Positions 16,395 to 25,152 of a DNA stretch of 64,000 nucleotides are shown in pieces. Position 1 is the stretch's first letter. Each line of letters begins with the position of its first letter. The notes beneath the pieces were generated by a model, which saw nothing but the letters and a program-made list of their open reading frames with translations, did no database searches and was not told where the DNA came from. The translations under genes were made by a program, and so were the position numbers. Source of the DNA: Deltaproteobacteria bacterium (lineage in GTDB: Bacteria > Desulfobacterota > Desulfomonilia > UBA1062); contig JAHDQN010000005.1 of assembly GCA_018433775.1 (NCBI GenBank), forward strand, positions 10,272 to 74,271, in the 5' to 3' direction.

Positions 16395-17468
16395 ATGACC
16401 GGCTGCCTCGAGATCCTCGCAGGGACAAAGGCATTATCGCTCATCCGGGACGGGGGGCTCGATCCCGGGGCCGTAGACGTGGTCGCCGGGGCCGCGGGCG
16501 GGCCCAAGTGGCTGGTGCTGGGAGGGCTCGACCGGGCCGTGTTCTCTTCATGGCTCACCGGATCATCCCGCCCGGTCTTTCTCGTGGGCTCATCCATAGG
16601 GAGCTGGAGGTTCGCAGCCATCGCGCAGGGCATGGACAGCGGTTCGTACGAGGCTTTCGAGTCAGCCTATCTCGACCAGCGCTATTGTGCCTCCCCTGGC
16701 GCCGCCGAGGTGACCCGGGGTTCCCGGGCGGTCATGGATGCCTTTCTCGACGAGGCGGGCACGCAGGCGGTGCTCGACCATCCCTTTTTCCGGCTGAGCA
16801 TCCTTTCCGTCCGGTGTCGCGGGCCGTTCGCCCGCGAAGGGCGATACCGCCTGGGCGCGGCCATGCTCATGGCAATGGCGGCCAATGCGCTCAGCAGGAG
16901 ATGTCTCAGGCTCTTCTTTACGCGCACCCTGTTTTCGGATCCCCGCGATCCTCCGGCGTTTTTCGGGCGGGACGGGTTTACGCTCCAGGAGGTTCCGCTC
17001 AGCCCTGAGAACCTCAAGAGCGCCCTCATGGCCTCGGGGTCCATTCCGCTGGTGATGGAAGGAGTGAAATCACCGGGCGGGGCGCGGCCCGGGGTATACC
17101 GCGACGGGGGCCTCATCGACTACCACCTGGATCTCCCGTTTCGCAGCGAGGGGCTCGTGCTCTTCCCGCACTACTGCAACCGCATCGTCCCGGGCTGGTT
17201 CGATAAGATGCTGCCCTGGAGAAGGCCCCGGGGAGGCAACCTGGACAACGTGGTGCTCATAAGTCCGTCTCCCGGCTTTGTCGGACGCCTGCCGTTGGGC
17301 AGGATTCCCGACCGGGACGATTTCATCCGGTTCCGCGGGCGTGACCGCGAGCGCAGGGCGTGCTGGGAGCAGGTTATCCGCGCCTGCAGGTCGCTCGGCG
17401 AAGAGTTCCTGGACCTGGTGCATTCAGGGAGGATCAGGAATGCGGTCCGGCCTCTGGAAACCGGATAG
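16395..17468 (+). CDS. Patatin-like phospholipase family protein
   Basis: Gly-rich oxyanion region GAAGGPKWLVLGG. Nucleophile GxSxG as LVGSSIGSW. Catalytic DGG as YRDGGLIDY. Confidence 0.6.
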   Translation: MTGCLEILAGTKALSLIRDGGLDPGAVDVVAGAAGGPKWLVLGGLDRAVFSSWLTGSSRPVFLVGSSIGSWRFAAIAQGMDSGSYEAFESAYLDQRYCASPGAAEVTRGSRAVMDAFLDEAGTQAVLDHPFFRLSILSVRCRGPFAREGRYRLGAAMLMAMAANALSRRCLRLFFTRTLFSDPRDPPAFFGRDGFTLQEVPLSPENLKSALMASGSIPLVMEGVKSPGGARPGVYRDGGLIDYHLDLPFRSEGLVLFPHYCNRIVPGWFDKMLPWRRPRGGNLDNVVLISPSPGFVGRLPLGRIPDRDDFIRFRGRDRERRACWEQVIRACRSLGEEFLDLVHSGRIRNAVRPLETG

Positions 17469-17630
17469 CCGTCTCGGAAATCTCGGGCCGGTCCTTCTCA
17501 CGGGTGCTTCCCGCCACGACAGTGCGCCGTGCTTTGTCCACCCGTCCGGAAAGATCCTTTTTCCCGGCTCTTGAATCTCTCCGTGCAGGACGTACATTTA
17601 CTGGTAAATCGACATTTCAGGAGGAGGTAC

Positions 17631-18167
17631 ATGGCAAAGAACACGGCAGGTGAGGCAAGACAGAGGGTCATCGATGTGCTCAACGAGGCCCGGGCCATGG
17701 AGCTGCAGGCGATCTACCAGTACATGAACCAGCACTACAACCTGGATGATATGGACTACGGAGAGCTGGCGGCAAAGATCAAGCTGATCTCCATCGACGA
17801 GATGCGCCATGCCGAGATGTTTGCGGAGCGCATCAAGGAGCTGGGGGGCGAGCCCACGGCCGATCCCCGGGAAAAGATTCACAAGGGGCAGAAGGTCGAG
17901 GTGATATTCGGGTTCGACGCCCGGCTCGAAGACGACACCATCGATGCCTACAACCGTTTTCTCCGGGTATGCGTGGAAAACGGCGACAGTGTCAGCGCCA
18001 AGATATTCGAAACCGTAATCGATGAAGAGCAGGTCCACACCAACTATTTCGCCAACGTGGACAGGCACATCGAGCACCTGGGAGCAGTGTACTTGGCCAA
18101 GATCGCAGGCACCTCCTCGGCAACGGGGCTTGGGCCGAGCGGATTCGTGATCAGCTCGAACGAATGA
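17631..18167 (+). CDS. bfr: Bacterioferritin / ferritin-like di-iron protein
   Basis: RBS GGAGGAGG precedes the ATG. VIDVLNEARAMELQAIYQYMNQHY and ISIDEMRHAEMFAERIKELGGEP match the bacterioferritin helix A/B and ligand regions. Confidence 0.7.
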   Translation: MAKNTAGEARQRVIDVLNEARAMELQAIYQYMNQHYNLDDMDYGELAAKIKLISIDEMRHAEMFAERIKELGGEPTADPREKIHKGQKVEVIFGFDARLEDDTIDAYNRFLRVCVENGDSVSAKIFETVIDEEQVHTNYFANVDRHIEHLGAVYLAKIAGTSSATGLGPSGFVISSNE

Positions 18168-18175
18168 GATAGTTC

Positions 18176-19129
18176 TCACTGCATCAGGAGCTGTTCCGCG
18201 TTCGTACCCATGAGCCGCCTCATGATCTTGGGCCCCAGCCCGAGCGATTTGAGGAGATCCTCGTGGCCGAGGGGATAGTTGTCTGTCCCGAAGAGCAGCT
18301 TGTTGCTGAATTCCGAGAGGAATCTGCGTGAAAAGGCATGGTCCCTGTTCAGTGCATGGAAACCGCTCGGTGCCGATATGTCGGCATAGAGGTTGGGGTA
18401 GTTCCTCAGAAACGAGCAGGTCAGGCCCTCCTTCCGGATGATGCCCTGCTGCTGGATGCATGCGTTCTTTCCCCCATCGGCGGAGATATGCTGCCAGAAC
18501 AGAGGGCCGTGCCCGATGAATTTGACCATGGGATACTCCTTGAGCACCACGCGCAGCGATGCAAAATCGAGCTTGTAGCCGGGGAAGAGGGTCCGCTGTT
18601 TTTTCCATCTCTCCAGGGGGGCATATACCTCGACCGCCATTTCCAGAACCCTTTTGGGTATGCCCTTGAGCCTGCCGCTCTGCAGAATCTTGAGCAGAAC
18701 GACCTCCAGCCGGGTATCGGTTTTCAGATTCTCAAGCACCTCAGGCCGGTTTTCCATGTGGAACACAACCGGTATCTTTACCTTCAGCACTGCATCGAGG
18801 AGCCTCTTGAGCTTGACGGATCGCCAGTTTACGGTGGTCTTCAGCTCCGCGCCCCCCCGCACGCCCCTGCTGCACCATTGGAGGAGCTTTCCCGGTGCGT
18901 CGTCGCACTGGGGATCGGGGGCGTACATGGGAATGATCCGGGTGGGATGGCGCAAGAAGGTATTGTACACGTTCTCGATGGGGAGGTTCTGGATGTTCCA
19001 TTTCTCCGGGGCGGCATCCTCCCATGTCATCAGCCAGCAGCAGTCGTATCTGTGTTTGTTGAGATAATCGATGATGTTTTGTGTCGATATGTTCCTGAAG
19101 TTGATGTGCATGTGCGCGTCAATCCTCAT
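18176..19129 (-). CDS. Amidohydrolase-family (TIM-barrel metal-dependent hydrolase, amidohydrolase_2-like) protein
   Basis: MRIDAHMHINF (HxH metal motif), ...VVFHME..., ...FGTDNYP... are typical of PF04909-type amidohydrolases. Confidence 0.6.
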   Translation of the reverse strand: MRIDAHMHINFRNISTQNIIDYLNKHRYDCCWLMTWEDAAPEKWNIQNLPIENVYNTFLRHPTRIIPMYAPDPQCDDAPGKLLQWCSRGVRGGAELKTTVNWRSVKLKRLLDAVLKVKIPVVFHMENRPEVLENLKTDTRLEVVLLKILQSGRLKGIPKRVLEMAVEVYAPLERWKKQRTLFPGYKLDFASLRVVLKEYPMVKFIGHGPLFWQHISADGGKNACIQQQGIIRKEGLTCSFLRNYPNLYADISAPSGFHALNRDHAFSRRFLSEFSNKLLFGTDNYPLGHEDLLKSLGLGPKIMRRLMGTNAEQLLMQ

Positions 19130-19405
19130 TGAATCCTCCCTTCACCAGTTCCGGTATGCCCTTCATGCAAGATCAGCCGTTCTCCGGGAAAAAGCCGGCA
19201 TTCTCACGCAGCCAAGCCCCTGGTTCAGCTCGTCGCCGGGCCGGGGAGATCCCGATGCCGGGTGCGTCCGCTGCTGGGCAAGCTGTTTTTTTGAGGTGTT
19301 CTTCTCGAATCTGCGGCTGCCGGAGACGAGCTGAAATCACTGTCGAGAGGTGAATGCCCTTAAGATCCATGATCAGCAGATGCCCGCTTGAGAATCAGCA
19401 CGCTT

Positions 19406-19477
19406 CTCCTCGTTTCTCTCATCCGGTGTCATCTGGCGCTGCCCGAATCTTGCCGGGAGAGAAACGAGGCTCTTTTT
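19406..19477 (+). terminator. Orphan intrinsic-terminator-like structure: a perfect 13-bp stem (CCTCGTTTCTCTC / GAGAGAAACGAGG) with a 36-nt loop, followed by CTCTTTTTG
   Basis: Stem arms lie at 19408-19420 and 19457-19469. The T5 run lies at 19473-19477. No plus-strand CDS lies upstream within the 550-bp intergenic region. Confidence 0.4.
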
Positions 19478-19680
19478 GCCATATACCTTAGAATAGCCCT
19501 GCCTTCCCGGGTTTCAAACGTCATGGCTCCCGGCAGTACAACCGGACTGATTGTGCGTTTACAGCAGCAGGTTGATTCACGGCGGCGTGCACCTATCAAT
19601 AGTTGTGATGAAACCGGTCTGCCGCCGGTGCCATGGCGTGTGTCAAAAAGCGCATGAGCTTAAAAAAATGAGGCGATCTG

Positions 19681-20562
19681 ATGCAGGACCCGAAACCCTC
19701 CAATGCCGAGATCGCATCCGAGCTCGACAGCATAGCGGATCTCCTGGATGCCGGAGAGGCCAACGTCTTCCGGGTCAGGGCGTACCGTCAGGGCGCCCGT
19801 CAGGTGAGGCACACAGAAGACCCGCTGGCCGATCTGGTGCTGGAGGGCAGGGAGGATAGGCTCAAGGATCTGCCCGATATCGGCGAAGGACTGGCCGGGG
19901 TGATCGCGGAGTTCGTAAGGACCGGCAGGACCGCTCTCCATCAGGATCTTCTGGGCGAGGTTTCCCCTGCGGACGTCTTCAGGCAGGTGCCCGGAATCGG
20001 GGACGATCTGGCTCGAAGGGTGGTTGAATCACTGGGCCTGTCGACCCTGGAAGAGCTGGAACGTGCCGCATACGACGGGAAGCTGGGCCGGGTGGAGGGC
20101 TTCGGCGAACGGCGGGTGCAGATGGTCAGGGACGTCCTTGCAGGCATGTTGAGCAGGTCGGCCGGAAGGATGCTCCGCAAGGACGCGGCGGACAAAGGCG
20201 GGACCCCGGAGAAGCCCCCGCTGGGCCTGCTGCTGGAGATCGACAGGGAGTACCGGGACAAGGCGGCTCAAGACAAACTGCGCACGATCGCCCCCAAGCG
20301 GTTCAACCCCGAGGGCAGAGCCTGGCTGCCGGTAATGAGCGTCCGGAGGAAAGGCTGGGACTTCACCGTCCTGTACTCGAACACGCAACGCGCTCATGAG
20401 CTCCGTAAAATCCGCGACTGGGTGGTGATTTATTATGATCACGACGGATCGGGGGGGCAGGTGACCGTGGTAACGGATACCCTCGGCGACCTTGGAAAGC
20501 AGCGGGTGGTCAGGGGACGGGAGAGGGAAAGCTTCCATTATCATGCCTCCAGGGTGACATGA
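19681..20562 (+). CDS. DNA polymerase X (Pol-beta-like) N-terminal region only (8-kDa/lyase domain plus HhH fingers), fused to an uncharacterized ~110-aa C-terminal domain; no palm or PHP domains
   Basis: NAEIASELDSIADLLDAGEANVFRVRAYRQGARQV is the PolX N-terminal signature. HhH motifs are LKDLPDIGEGLAG and FRQVPGIGDDLARR. The C-terminus is ...RKGWDFTVLYSNTQRAHELRKIRDWVVIYYD... Confidence 0.6.
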   Translation: MQDPKPSNAEIASELDSIADLLDAGEANVFRVRAYRQGARQVRHTEDPLADLVLEGREDRLKDLPDIGEGLAGVIAEFVRTGRTALHQDLLGEVSPADVFRQVPGIGDDLARRVVESLGLSTLEELERAAYDGKLGRVEGFGERRVQMVRDVLAGMLSRSAGRMLRKDAADKGGTPEKPPLGLLLEIDREYRDKAAQDKLRTIAPKRFNPEGRAWLPVMSVRRKGWDFTVLYSNTQRAHELRKIRDWVVIYYDHDGSGGQVTVVTDTLGDLGKQRVVRGRERESFHYHASRVT

Positions 20563-20604
20563 ATACGGGGATAGCGGTCTCCCCGGTCCCGTTCCGCTGT
20601 TTTT

Positions 20605-21546
20605 TTGAAATCCCGCCTGGAAAAGAGAACGGAGAATAATGGTATGACCCTGGAGAGAGTGCGCCCTGGATCAGCCGATCCCCGGCTCAAGAAGAGCTAT
20701 GATCGCGCGATTGCCATCCTGATCGGGGGGAATGCGGCTCTCGCCCTCATAAAGGGTGTGCTGGCATGGACGACCGGGAGCAGCGCGATCTTCTCGGATG
20801 CGGCAAATTCCTTTGCCGACACGCTGTACAGCATACTGATGGGCATTGGACTCTCCCTGTCGCAGAAGCCCGCTGACATCAGCCACCCGCAAGGCCACAG
20901 CCGGTTCGACCCCCTCATCGGCATGCTGGTCACCGCCGCCATGGCAGGGGCAGGGGCTGCCGCCCTGTACGAGAGCATCCAGCGGTTCCTGGGAGATGTC
21001 CGGACCATTCCGCTTCCTTTGCCGACCCTGGTGCTGCTCACGGCTGCCCTGATCAAGCTGGTCATGTACCGGTCGATATCACGGATCGGGCGGAAGACCG
21101 GCAGCCCGGCAATACACGCCGGCGCACAGGACAATCTGATGGACACGCTCACCACTGCCTCTGCGATGATCGGTATATGGGGCGCCCGATACCTGCATCC
21201 CATAGCCGATCCGGTGGCCGGGGTTCTGGTTGCTCTGTGGATCTTCCGGACCACCTGGAGGGTTGGCAGGCAGAGCCTCGGTTATCTCACGGGACGCGGA
21301 GCCGAGCAGGAGGTTGTCAGGGAGATCATTCACAGGGCAGGGCAAGTGCCCGGCGTGGAAAACGTCCACCGGGTGATCGCCGATTATGTGGGGCCGAAGC
21401 TTCGCGTGGAGATCCATGTGGGAGTCGACGGCAGGATCACGCTGGAGCGCGCCCACGGAGTGTCCGATGAGGTGGAGGCAAGGATCAAGACCCTGCCGAG
21501 CGTGGACCTTGTGTTTGTCCATGTGGACCCGGTCCGCAAGACATGA
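20605..21546 (+). CDS. Cation diffusion facilitator (CDF) family divalent-metal efflux transporter
   Basis: TM1-2 motif ALIKGVLAWTTGSSAIFSDAANSFAD and the HxxxD-type site are present. There is a C-terminal cytoplasmic domain. The start could be ATG 20644. Confidence 0.7.
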   Translation: MKSRLEKRTENNGMTLERVRPGSADPRLKKSYDRAIAILIGGNAALALIKGVLAWTTGSSAIFSDAANSFADTLYSILMGIGLSLSQKPADISHPQGHSRFDPLIGMLVTAAMAGAGAAALYESIQRFLGDVRTIPLPLPTLVLLTAALIKLVMYRSISRIGRKTGSPAIHAGAQDNLMDTLTTASAMIGIWGARYLHPIADPVAGVLVALWIFRTTWRVGRQSLGYLTGRGAEQEVVREIIHRAGQVPGVENVHRVIADYVGPKLRVEIHVGVDGRITLERAHGVSDEVEARIKTLPSVDLVFVHVDPVRKT

Positions 21547-21624
21547 CCCTGCCACCAGCCCTTCCTCGCTCCCGCGCCCCGGGGGCTCTCTCCGCAGACG
21601 TTGCGGTGCACCCATTCCCGGGTG

Positions 21625-22794
21625 CTATTTACGGAATCTCAGGCGCAGAATCTTGTCGTCACCCTCTCTGGGGGTCCCCCTGCCGTCGCGATTGCTCGTC
21701 AGCACGTAGAGGCTGCCGTCGGGTCCTGTCGTGACATGCCTGAGCCTTCCATGTTCCCCTCGGTACCAGTCGGTTGCAAAGAGCCTCTGGATCGATTCTG
21801 TTTCATAGCTGCCGTTCCTGTGCCGGAACGATATGCGGATGAGCGCTTCGCCCCGCAGGCTTGCCACGTAGAGAACCCCGCGGGAAAAGGTCATGCCGGC
21901 GGGAGGCGTCGCCTTGGGCCAGAACACGACGGGATCCTCATAGGGCTCCATGTCCACGGCACCGAGGACCAGAGGCCAGCCGTAGTTTCCCCCTTTGCGG
22001 ACGACATTGATCGAATCGCTCCCGAAGAGGCCGAACTCGCCGGAGGGGCCGTGCTCGGAGGAAAAAAGATCACCGGTATCGGGATGCCAGGCGAGCCCCT
22101 GGGGATTGCGGTGCCCGTACGAATACACCGGTGAATCGCGGAACGGGTTGTCCCCGGGAACGTCCCCCTCAGGGGTGTAGCGGAGTATCTTGCCGCCCAG
22201 GTTCTCGATATCCTGCGCAATGCCGGCCCGGCCTATGTCCCCGGTGCATACGTAGAGCATGCCGTCCGGACCGAACGCGATCCTGCCGCCGTCGTGCACC
22301 CGATGCCCGGGGATCCTTTCCACGATGATCCTGTCCTGCGCCGCGGTCTCACCCGTGTCGCGCAGCCGGACGACCTTGTTGAACAGGTCCGTTCCGACCC
22401 GGTAGGTATACATGATGTAGACATAGGGCTGCTCGGGATAATCCGGGTGCACCGCCAGGCCCATCAATCCCCCCTCGCCGATCGCCGCGGTATCTACTGT
22501 TGCGTAGGGCTCGTCTGTCAGCCGCCCGTTCACGATGAGACGGACCCTGCCAGGCCTTTCCGTCACCAGAGCCCTGCCGTCGGGCAGAAAATCGAGATCC
22601 CAGGGGACTTCGAGATTTTCCACGAAAGGTTCCACAAGAAAATCTCCGGGCTCAGGAACAAACACGTCCTCTACTTCCTGCGGCTGCCCGCCGACAACCG
22701 GATCCCCGGCATCCGGTTCACGCGAGGCCTCGGACCGGACAACGCCTGCGGCGACGACCAGCACGGCGATGAGGATCCAGTGCAGGCCGGACAT
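21625..22794 (-). CDS. PQQ-dependent sugar dehydrogenase (soluble glucose/sorbosone dehydrogenase, beta-propeller) with a signal peptide
   Basis: Start at comp 22794, with GGGAGG about 5 nt upstream. Signal peptide MSGLHWILIAVLVVAAGVV. Motifs DGRALVTERPGRVRL, LMGLAVHPDY, GHRNPQGLAWHP, and a C-terminal GPDGSLYV propeller repeat. Confidence 0.7.
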   Translation of the reverse strand: MSGLHWILIAVLVVAAGVVRSEASREPDAGDPVVGGQPQEVEDVFVPEPGDFLVEPFVENLEVPWDLDFLPDGRALVTERPGRVRLIVNGRLTDEPYATVDTAAIGEGGLMGLAVHPDYPEQPYVYIMYTYRVGTDLFNKVVRLRDTGETAAQDRIIVERIPGHRVHDGGRIAFGPDGMLYVCTGDIGRAGIAQDIENLGGKILRYTPEGDVPGDNPFRDSPVYSYGHRNPQGLAWHPDTGDLFSSEHGPSGEFGLFGSDSINVVRKGGNYGWPLVLGAVDMEPYEDPVVFWPKATPPAGMTFSRGVLYVASLRGEALIRISFRHRNGSYETESIQRLFATDWYRGEHGRLRHVTTGPDGSLYVLTSNRDGRGTPREGDDKILRLRFRK

Positions 22795-23327
22795 GGCAGC
22801 CTCCCTCATGAGAATACGGCGGAACACCCGCCTATGGAACTGTTTTTCCCGATTCATCATTGGTTCTCCCTGAATCCTCCTCCTTCTTCTCAGTCAGCTA
22901 CTCAAGGACTCGGAGGGAGGGGTCACATTATCTTCTAGCTTCAGGCTTCAACTGGATCCAGGGCTTGCCCTGGGGTCCATGCCATTGAATGACACCATGA
23001 AAAATTCCTCGATTCCTTGATAGTGAAGAATAAGGATGTCCTCTCCAAGCTCAATCGGAAAGACCCTTCCTTGTCCGGGTGAAGGGATGCCCTGCCGGTG
23101 ATGATGAGGATGCGGGTGAATGGATTTTCTGGGGGAAGGCACCGGCGGTACAGGGCGAGGGCGCTTCGGAAAAGAAGTTAGGAAAATCCTTGCCTTCGAC
23201 GCCATGGAATACACGGCGGGCGGTTGTTTTTTAAGGGCAATGGCATCAGGTATCTGTGAGATAATACGTCTGGTTATGGTATTCCCCGGTCGGATAAAAG
23301 AAGAGAATTCTCCAGAAGAAGCGATCA

Positions 23328-23355
23328 TTGAGAATGGTAAGTGAAGGCTTATAAT
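23328..23355 (+). promoter_or_regulatory. Candidate sigma-70-type promoter for the small-gene array (TTGAGA -35 at 23328-23333, 16-bp spacer, TATAAT -10 at 23350-23355)
   Basis: A perfect TATAAT hexamer lies about 60 nt upstream of ATG 23416. This is read by eye only. Confidence 0.3.
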
Positions 23356-23415
23356 AAGTATTCAGTACATCCTTGGTTGTGGAAGAACATCAGGAATATC
23401 TGTGAGGTAAGGCAC

Positions 23416-23607
23416 ATGGCAGTACATCCGATCGACTTGGAGAGGTATCTGAGCGGTATCATGTTTCCCGCGAGCAAGAACGATCTGAGGCAGAAAGCCC
23501 GCGACAACCATGCCCCCGATGTCGTCATCGATATCATCAATAACCTGCCGGAACGGAATTTTTCCTCGTCGGGAGACCTGAGCAAGGCTGTCGACGAGAT
23601 CGAGTGA
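23416..23607 (+). CDS. DUF2795-like small protein, paralog 1 (63 aa)
   Basis: RBS GAGGTAAGG precedes the ATG. MAVHPIDLERYLSGIMFPASKNDLRQKARDNHAPDVVIDIINNLPERNFSSSGDLSKAVDEIE carries the motif shared by all six paralogs. Confidence 0.7.
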   Translation: MAVHPIDLERYLSGIMFPASKNDLRQKARDNHAPDVVIDIINNLPERNFSSSGDLSKAVDEIE

Positions 23608-23689
23608 CTTGGGGGCACGTTTGCGGCGGCCGGGCGTGAACCCGCCGAGGGCGGTGAACCCCGGTGATGGCACAGCGAGGAGAGAGAGG

Positions 23690-23881
23690 ATGGAAATCAA
23701 TACAGCCGAAATACAGTGGTACCTGGAAAATATCACTTTCCCGGCGACCAAGATGCAGATCGTGAACCTTGCACGAGACAACCATGCGCCCGACGGCGTC
23801 ATGGATCTGCTCAAGGGGTTGCCGGACCAGGAATATTCGTCGCCAGACGAGGTCATACGGACCGCAGGCGTGAAGCAGTAG
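23690..23881 (+). CDS. DUF2795-like small protein, paralog 2 (63 aa)
   Basis: RBS GAGGAGAGAGAGG precedes the ATG. MEINTAEIQWYLENITFPATKMQIVNLARDNHAPDGVMDLLKGLPDQEYSSPDEVIRTAGVKQ. Confidence 0.7.
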   Translation: MEINTAEIQWYLENITFPATKMQIVNLARDNHAPDGVMDLLKGLPDQEYSSPDEVIRTAGVKQ

Positions 23882-23987
23882 GCAAGGCCAGGTTGGGAAA
23901 AGTGGAAGCTGAAAACTCGATGTGGCGTTGGAAATTCTCGGATGATGAGCAGAGGTGTTTTTTGAAAAACCAAACTGGAGGTGAAAA

Positions 23988-24176
23988 ATGGTAAGTACAG
24001 GAGAAATTCAGCAGTTTCTTCACGGTATGGACTATCCGGCACGGAGGAATGATCTGGTCAAGAAGGCACAGAGCAACAATGCGCCCGGCGATGTGATCGA
24101 CATGCTCAGCAAGTTGCCGGACCAGGATTTCAACTCCCCGGTGGACGTCAACAAGGCTATCGGGAAAATGTCGTAA
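23988..24176 (+). CDS. DUF2795-like small protein, paralog 3 (62 aa)
   Basis: RBS GGAGGTG precedes the ATG. MVSTGEIQQFLHGMDYPARRNDLVKKAQSNNAPGDVIDMLSKLPDQDFNSPVDVNKAIGKMS. Confidence 0.75.
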   Translation: MVSTGEIQQFLHGMDYPARRNDLVKKAQSNNAPGDVIDMLSKLPDQDFNSPVDVNKAIGKMS

Positions 24177-24205
24177 CTCCCCCCTTAAAGCGATTGGAAA
24201 TAAGA

Positions 24206-24246
24206 CAGGAAATCATCTGAACAAAGATGGTTTCCTGTTCTTGTAT
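24206..24246 (+). terminator. Terminator-like hairpin after paralog 3 (CAGGAAATCATC-tgaacaaa-GATGGTTTCCTG, then TTCTTGTAT)
   Basis: 12-bp stem with one U-G wobble (24206-24217 / 24226-24237) followed by a T-rich tract. It separates the two halves of the array (395-bp gap). Confidence 0.4.
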
Positions 24247-24570
24247 CCTCCGGAAGACGAGAGCCGTTCCGGCGAAAAATGGAGAAAAAACCAAGAGAGC
24301 CGGGCGCCGAGAGAATACAGGAATCTTCTCACCACATGGGTCATCCCGCAAAAAGAACATCATCCCTGACAAGCCCGACAGCACAATGAACCCGATGACG
24401 TCGCCGGATGGTCTCAAAGAAGCTGCCCGGATACAGTCCATCTCAGCCCCGGACCCGAGCAGGGAGTGTGGGGGATAGCGAACAGCGCGTGACCCGAGCA
24501 GGTGGCCGGAACGCATCGCAAGCCCCTCAGGCAAGAACCCCGGCATTGATAAGGGAAAGGAGGAACGGGC

Positions 24571-24774
24571 ATGGCAAGATACGGCGATGTGAGCGCCGCA
24601 GAGGTGCAGCAGTTTCTGCACGGACTAGATTATCCTGCAAGAAAGAACGATCTGATAAAGAAAGCCCGTGACAACGGCGCGTCCGACGATGTCATGAGTG
24701 TGCTGAACGATTTCCCGGATCAGGACTTCATTTCGCCGATGGACGTGAGCAAGGCGATCGGTGGCTTAAGGTAA
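24571..24774 (+). CDS. DUF2795-like small protein, paralog 4 (67 aa)
   Basis: RBS AAGGAGGA precedes the ATG. MARYGDVSAAEVQQFLHGLDYPARKNDLIKKARDNGASDDVMSVLNDFPDQDFISPMDVSKAIGGLR. Confidence 0.75.
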   Translation: MARYGDVSAAEVQQFLHGLDYPARKNDLIKKARDNGASDDVMSVLNDFPDQDFISPMDVSKAIGGLR

Positions 24775-24854
24775 CCAGGTTCCAAAGGTCTGAGTAACAG
24801 GTGTACGACAGTCCCCGTTCTCAGGCAAGCACAATGCCGGAGAAGGAGTGGATA

Positions 24855-25046
24855 ATGGCTGTAAGCGCAGTGGAGTTGCAACATTATCTTCAAGGAATGG
24901 ATTATCCCTCGCGAAAAGAGGACCTCATCAGGAAGGCGCGTGAGAATCAGGCCCCCCGGGATGTAATCGATCTCATCAACAATCTCCCGGACCGGGAGTT
25001 CAACTCGACGGTGGATGTCAGCAGGGCGGTGGGTGAGATCGGATGA
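24855..25046 (+). CDS. DUF2795-like small protein, paralog 5 (63 aa)
   Basis: RBS GAAGGAG lies 6 nt before ATG 24855. MAVSAVELQHYLQGMDYPSRKEDLIRKARENQAPRDVIDLINNLPDREFNSTVDVSRAVGEIG. Confidence 0.7.
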   Translation: MAVSAVELQHYLQGMDYPSRKEDLIRKARENQAPRDVIDLINNLPDREFNSTVDVSRAVGEIG

Positions 25047-25152
25047 TCGTATAGTCCGTACACAAATGGGAATCAGGTGCAAGAGGCCCTGTGGGATCGG
25101 ATGCATCATCCGTCCTCATGCTTTTTGAAAAAGTCGTGAAGGATGCAAGCTC

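Noticed and set aside
17598-18608. 336-aa minus-strand ORF overlapping bfr and the amidohydrolase
   Set aside because: It overlaps two well-supported genes on both strands and its translation is featureless.
19260-19295. T7 run (ctgtttttttgagg) as a possible second terminator in the 19.1-19.7-kb gap
   Set aside because: The preceding sequence forms only a 3-bp stem, which is not a credible intrinsic terminator.
22948-23328. 126-aa minus-strand ORF with an HPHPHHH stretch, and the overlapping 74-aa plus-strand ORF
   Set aside because: Neither has a convincing RBS or a motif. The region is more plausibly the promoter and leader of the small-gene array, with a TATAAT at 23350. It is kept only as a low-probability His-rich metal-binding peptide.
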